Source: an uncultured Chroococcidiopsis sp. (GTDB lineage Bacteria > Cyanobacteriota > Cyanobacteriia > Cyanobacteriales > Chroococcidiopsidaceae). Taken from it: a stretch of 64,000 nucleotides of DNA. Positions 63,601 through 64,000 of this stretch are shown one piece after another. The stretch spans positions 1-64,000 of the forward strand of contig CAXTYC010000002.1 of the NCBI GenBank assembly GCA_964248365.1, read 5' to 3'. Positions within the stretch are counted from its first letter, which is position 1. Each line of letters begins with the position of its first letter. The notes beneath the pieces were generated by a model. That model was not told the origin of the DNA. It saw only the letters and a list, made by a program, of their open reading frames with translations, and did not search any database. The position numbers and the translations under genes are program-made.

Positions 63601-64000
63601 ATACAGCATCTAGTGCAATTAAGCAAGTAGCATCAGGACGATTTGGAGTTACGCCTGAGTACCTGATGAACGCAAGGCAAATTGAAATCAAAATTGCCCA
63701 AGGTGCGAAGCCAGGAGAAGGCGGACAGCTACCAGGTACAAAAGTCAGCCCCTACATTGCCATGTTGCGGCGTTCTAAGCCTGGGGTGACACTGATTTCA
63801 CCACCACCCCACCACGACATCTATTCGATTGAAGATCTGGCGCAGCTAATTTTTGACTTGCACCAAATTAATCCCAAAGCACAGGTGTCGGTGAAGTTGG
63901 TAGCAGAAGTTGGAATCGGGACGGTTGCGGCTGGTGTGGCTAAAGCCAATGCTGATATTATCCAAATTTCTGGTCACGATGGCGGTACGGGTGCATCGCC
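60615..64000 (+). CDS. glsF: Ferredoxin-dependent glutamate synthase (5' part; runs off the window)
   Basis: [64 protein letters not shown]; the frame from ATG 60615 agrees with the frame at the window end (GHDGGTGAS). Confidence 0.93.
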   Translation, partial: MDNKLMNQNQQSNLSQQSLNENTESLRTYAGPRWLVEERDACGVGFIANRENLASHELVLTALSALTCLEHRGGCSADSDSGDGAGVLTAIPWELLQQSLNWQGIEIPPQENCAVAMVFLPQEPEVAQSGRKLIEQVVAQAGLSVIGWRVVPVQSQLLGIQARENQPQIEQVIVSSQDKTGDDLERQLYIVRRSIHRAAGKQSDRFKIENFYICSFSSRTIVYKGMVRSAVLGEFYTDLKNPAYKSAFAVYHRRFSTNTMPKWPLAQPMRLLGHNGEINTLLGNINWMMAREADLKHPVWENQLDALKPTVKIDNSDSATLDNVFELLVHSGRSPLEALMIMVPEAYQNQPDLDKYPEIVDFYEYYSGIQEPWDGPALLVFGDGKKVGATLDRNGLRPARYSITKSGLIVVASEAGVVDLPEADIIEKGRLGPGQMIAVDLETQEVLKNWEIKQRIAKLQPYGQWLKQYRVELKVKNEEQKRELVVGSMDNQGGASPTTPLPEPLAPKTSLLRQQIAFGYTTEDVEMVIQPMASEGKEPTFCMGDDIPLAVLSERPHLLYDYFKQRFAQVTNPAIDPLRESLVMSLKMELGERGNILEAKPEYARRLKLNSPILTEPELEAIKQSGFECACLSTLFEIAAGPQGLEAAVRSLQSAAVEAVRAGKKILILSDRTSHDVGTQYTYIPPLLAVGAVHHHLIREGLRLKASLVVDTAQCWSTHHFGCLIGYGASSVCPYLTLATVESWWSDPKTQQFMERGKIPAITWEKARENYRKAVEGGLLKILSKMGISLLSSYQGAQIFEAIGIGRDLLDLGFYGTTSRLGGLSVSELAQEVLSFHQRAFPELTIKKLENFGFVQYRPGGEYHMNSPELAKALHKAVADPQNYNHYEVYKQQLENRPVTALRDLLDFQSDRSPIPLEEVESVAEIVKRFCTGGMSLGALSREAHEVLAIAMNRLGGKSNSGEGGEDPVRYKVLDDVDQSGHSPLLPHLKGLRNRDTASSAIKQVASGRFGVTPEYLMNARQIEIKIAQGAKPGEGGQLPGTKVSPYIAMLRRSKPGVTLISPPPHHDIYSIEDLAQLIFDLHQINPKAQVSVKLVAEVGIGTVAAGVAKANADIIQISGHDGGTGAS

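Overview
Cyanobacterial chromosome segment. Evidence: abundant HIP1 GCGATCGC octamers, heptamer tandem repeats and small dispersed repeats, ndhB, and 6S RNA next to purK. Most of the window is core genome: purK-6S RNA, cbiG/cobJ, ndhB, dxr, clpS, rne-rnhB, pheA, the rpsL-rpsG-fusA-tuf-rpsJ operon, and the 5' part of ferredoxin-dependent glutamate synthase (missing from the ORF track because it runs off the end). The most striking feature is at 0.45-4.2 kb. Three small Q/N-rich proteins with signal-peptide-like leaders carry repeats matching the curlin core motif (S/N)-X5-Q-X-G-X2-N-X-A; the two paralogs match closely and the middle protein more loosely. They are preceded by four copies of a TGCATA-N16-CGTA ECF-sigma-like promoter, three of them at an exact 68-bp period, and followed by three probably exported accessory proteins. 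This is a candidate cyanobacterial functional-amyloid (curli-like) system. Other observations: three interrupted genes (dGTPase, GT-C-like membrane protein, GHL10), an orphan Nif11-leader peptide, a long structured rpsL-rpsG spacer, MITEs, an insertion inside a HIP1 site, and repeats inserted in frame into enzymes. No tRNA, rRNA or CRISPR array was recognised. All family calls are from motif recognition by eye, not from database searches.
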